The notes under the pieces are model-generated. The model did no database searches, was not told where the DNA came from, and was given only the letters and a program-made list of their open reading frames with translations. The translations under genes were made by a program, and so were the position numbers. Positions 44,777-45,414 of a stretch of DNA of 45,414 nt are shown piece after piece (position 1 is the stretch's first letter; each line of letters opens with the position of its first letter). Source of the stretch: Octopus bimaculoides (Eukaryota); the NCBI RefSeq assembly GCF_001194135.2, contig NC_068982.1, positions 137,053,110 to 137,098,523 of the forward strand, in the 5' to 3' direction.

Positions 44777-44992
44777 AGGCGGCGAGCTGGCAGAATCGTT
44801 AGCACGCTGGACAAAATGCTTAGCAGTATTTCACTCGTCATTATGTTCTGAGTTCAAATTCTGCCTAGGTTGACTTTGCCTTTCATCCTTTCAGGGGTCG
44901 ATGAAATAAGTACCAGTTAAGTACTGGGGTCGATGTAATCGACTATCCCCCTACCCACAAATTTCAGGCCTTGTGCCTATGGTATAAAGGAT
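44777..44992 (+). mobile_element. SINE family A, tail type 1
   Basis: AGGCGGCGAGCTGGCAGAATCGTTAGCACG...AAATTTCAGGCCTTGTGCCT. Confidence 0.92.
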
Positions 44993-45102
44993 TATGTCTT
45001 GGGAGAGTCATTATGCCAATAATGATTATACACACACACAGGTTCAATTTCACTGCAGACCTTGCAGCAAGAAGAGAAGTCAATAAGTCAATTAAAAGGT
45101 CT

Positions 45103-45414
45103 TATATATCTTAATATATAAAGCTGAAGTTGTGTGTCTGTGTGAAGCCTTTTTGAAAGTTTATAGAAATCCACATTTTCCACTTTTTCGTAAAAATTTT
45201 TACATCAATGGAATTTTCTCGATCTGAACTTTCCAGTGCAGTAATTAGATTTTTAAAATTCCTTTTACTTTGTGTGATTTAAGGGAGATTTGGCTGTCGT
45301 TTCTAGCAACTTTTATATTCCTTCCCTTCTCTCTGTACCGGCGTTGTTATAGAGAGTAAGAGTAAAAGAGGGAGAGGGAGAGAAAGAGAGAGAAAGTGAT
45401 ACATACAAAGTCAT
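45103..45414 (+). mobile_element. Possible Helitron-type non-autonomous element 5' part
   Basis: TATCTTAATATATAAAGCTGAAGTTGTGTGTCTGTGTG resembles Helitron 5' termini (TC-T(AT)nAAA followed by a short microsatellite); runs off the window edge. Confidence 0.35.

Overview
AT-rich eukaryotic genomic DNA from a draft assembly with 8 N-gaps, mostly at microsatellites. The repeat families (two tRNA-derived SINE types, RTE 3' ends with (GAT)n tails, dense (TA)n/(CATA)n/(GT)n arrays) suggest an octopod cephalopod; this is inference from remembered repeat consensus, not a database hit. I can support no intact host protein-coding gene, so the window reads as intergenic or intronic. Most long ORFs in the track are microsatellite or gap artefacts. 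Genuine coding remnants are all transposon-derived: a maT/Tc1-like transposase (3731-4454), mariner 5' and 3' ends, a Penelope-like RT fragment with YIDD (6230-6370), RTE ORF2 C-termini, a CR1-type RT C-terminus (35853-36410) and a possible Harbinger transposase remnant (30111-30362). The most striking signal is a set of type-I hammerhead ribozyme (HHR) motifs of Penelope-like (PLE) type. Four have complete or near-complete folds (2199-2263 +, 11405-11447 -, 12791-12893 +, 14161-14208 +) and four are decayed. Two HHRs sit inside foldback elements whose inverted arm would sequester the ribozyme; in one, the inverted arm begins exactly at the predicted cleavage site. Also notable are a perfect 21-bp pre-miRNA-like hairpin (32760-32820) and a SINE-into-SINE insertion whose 14-bp TSD duplicates the host's Pol III B box.
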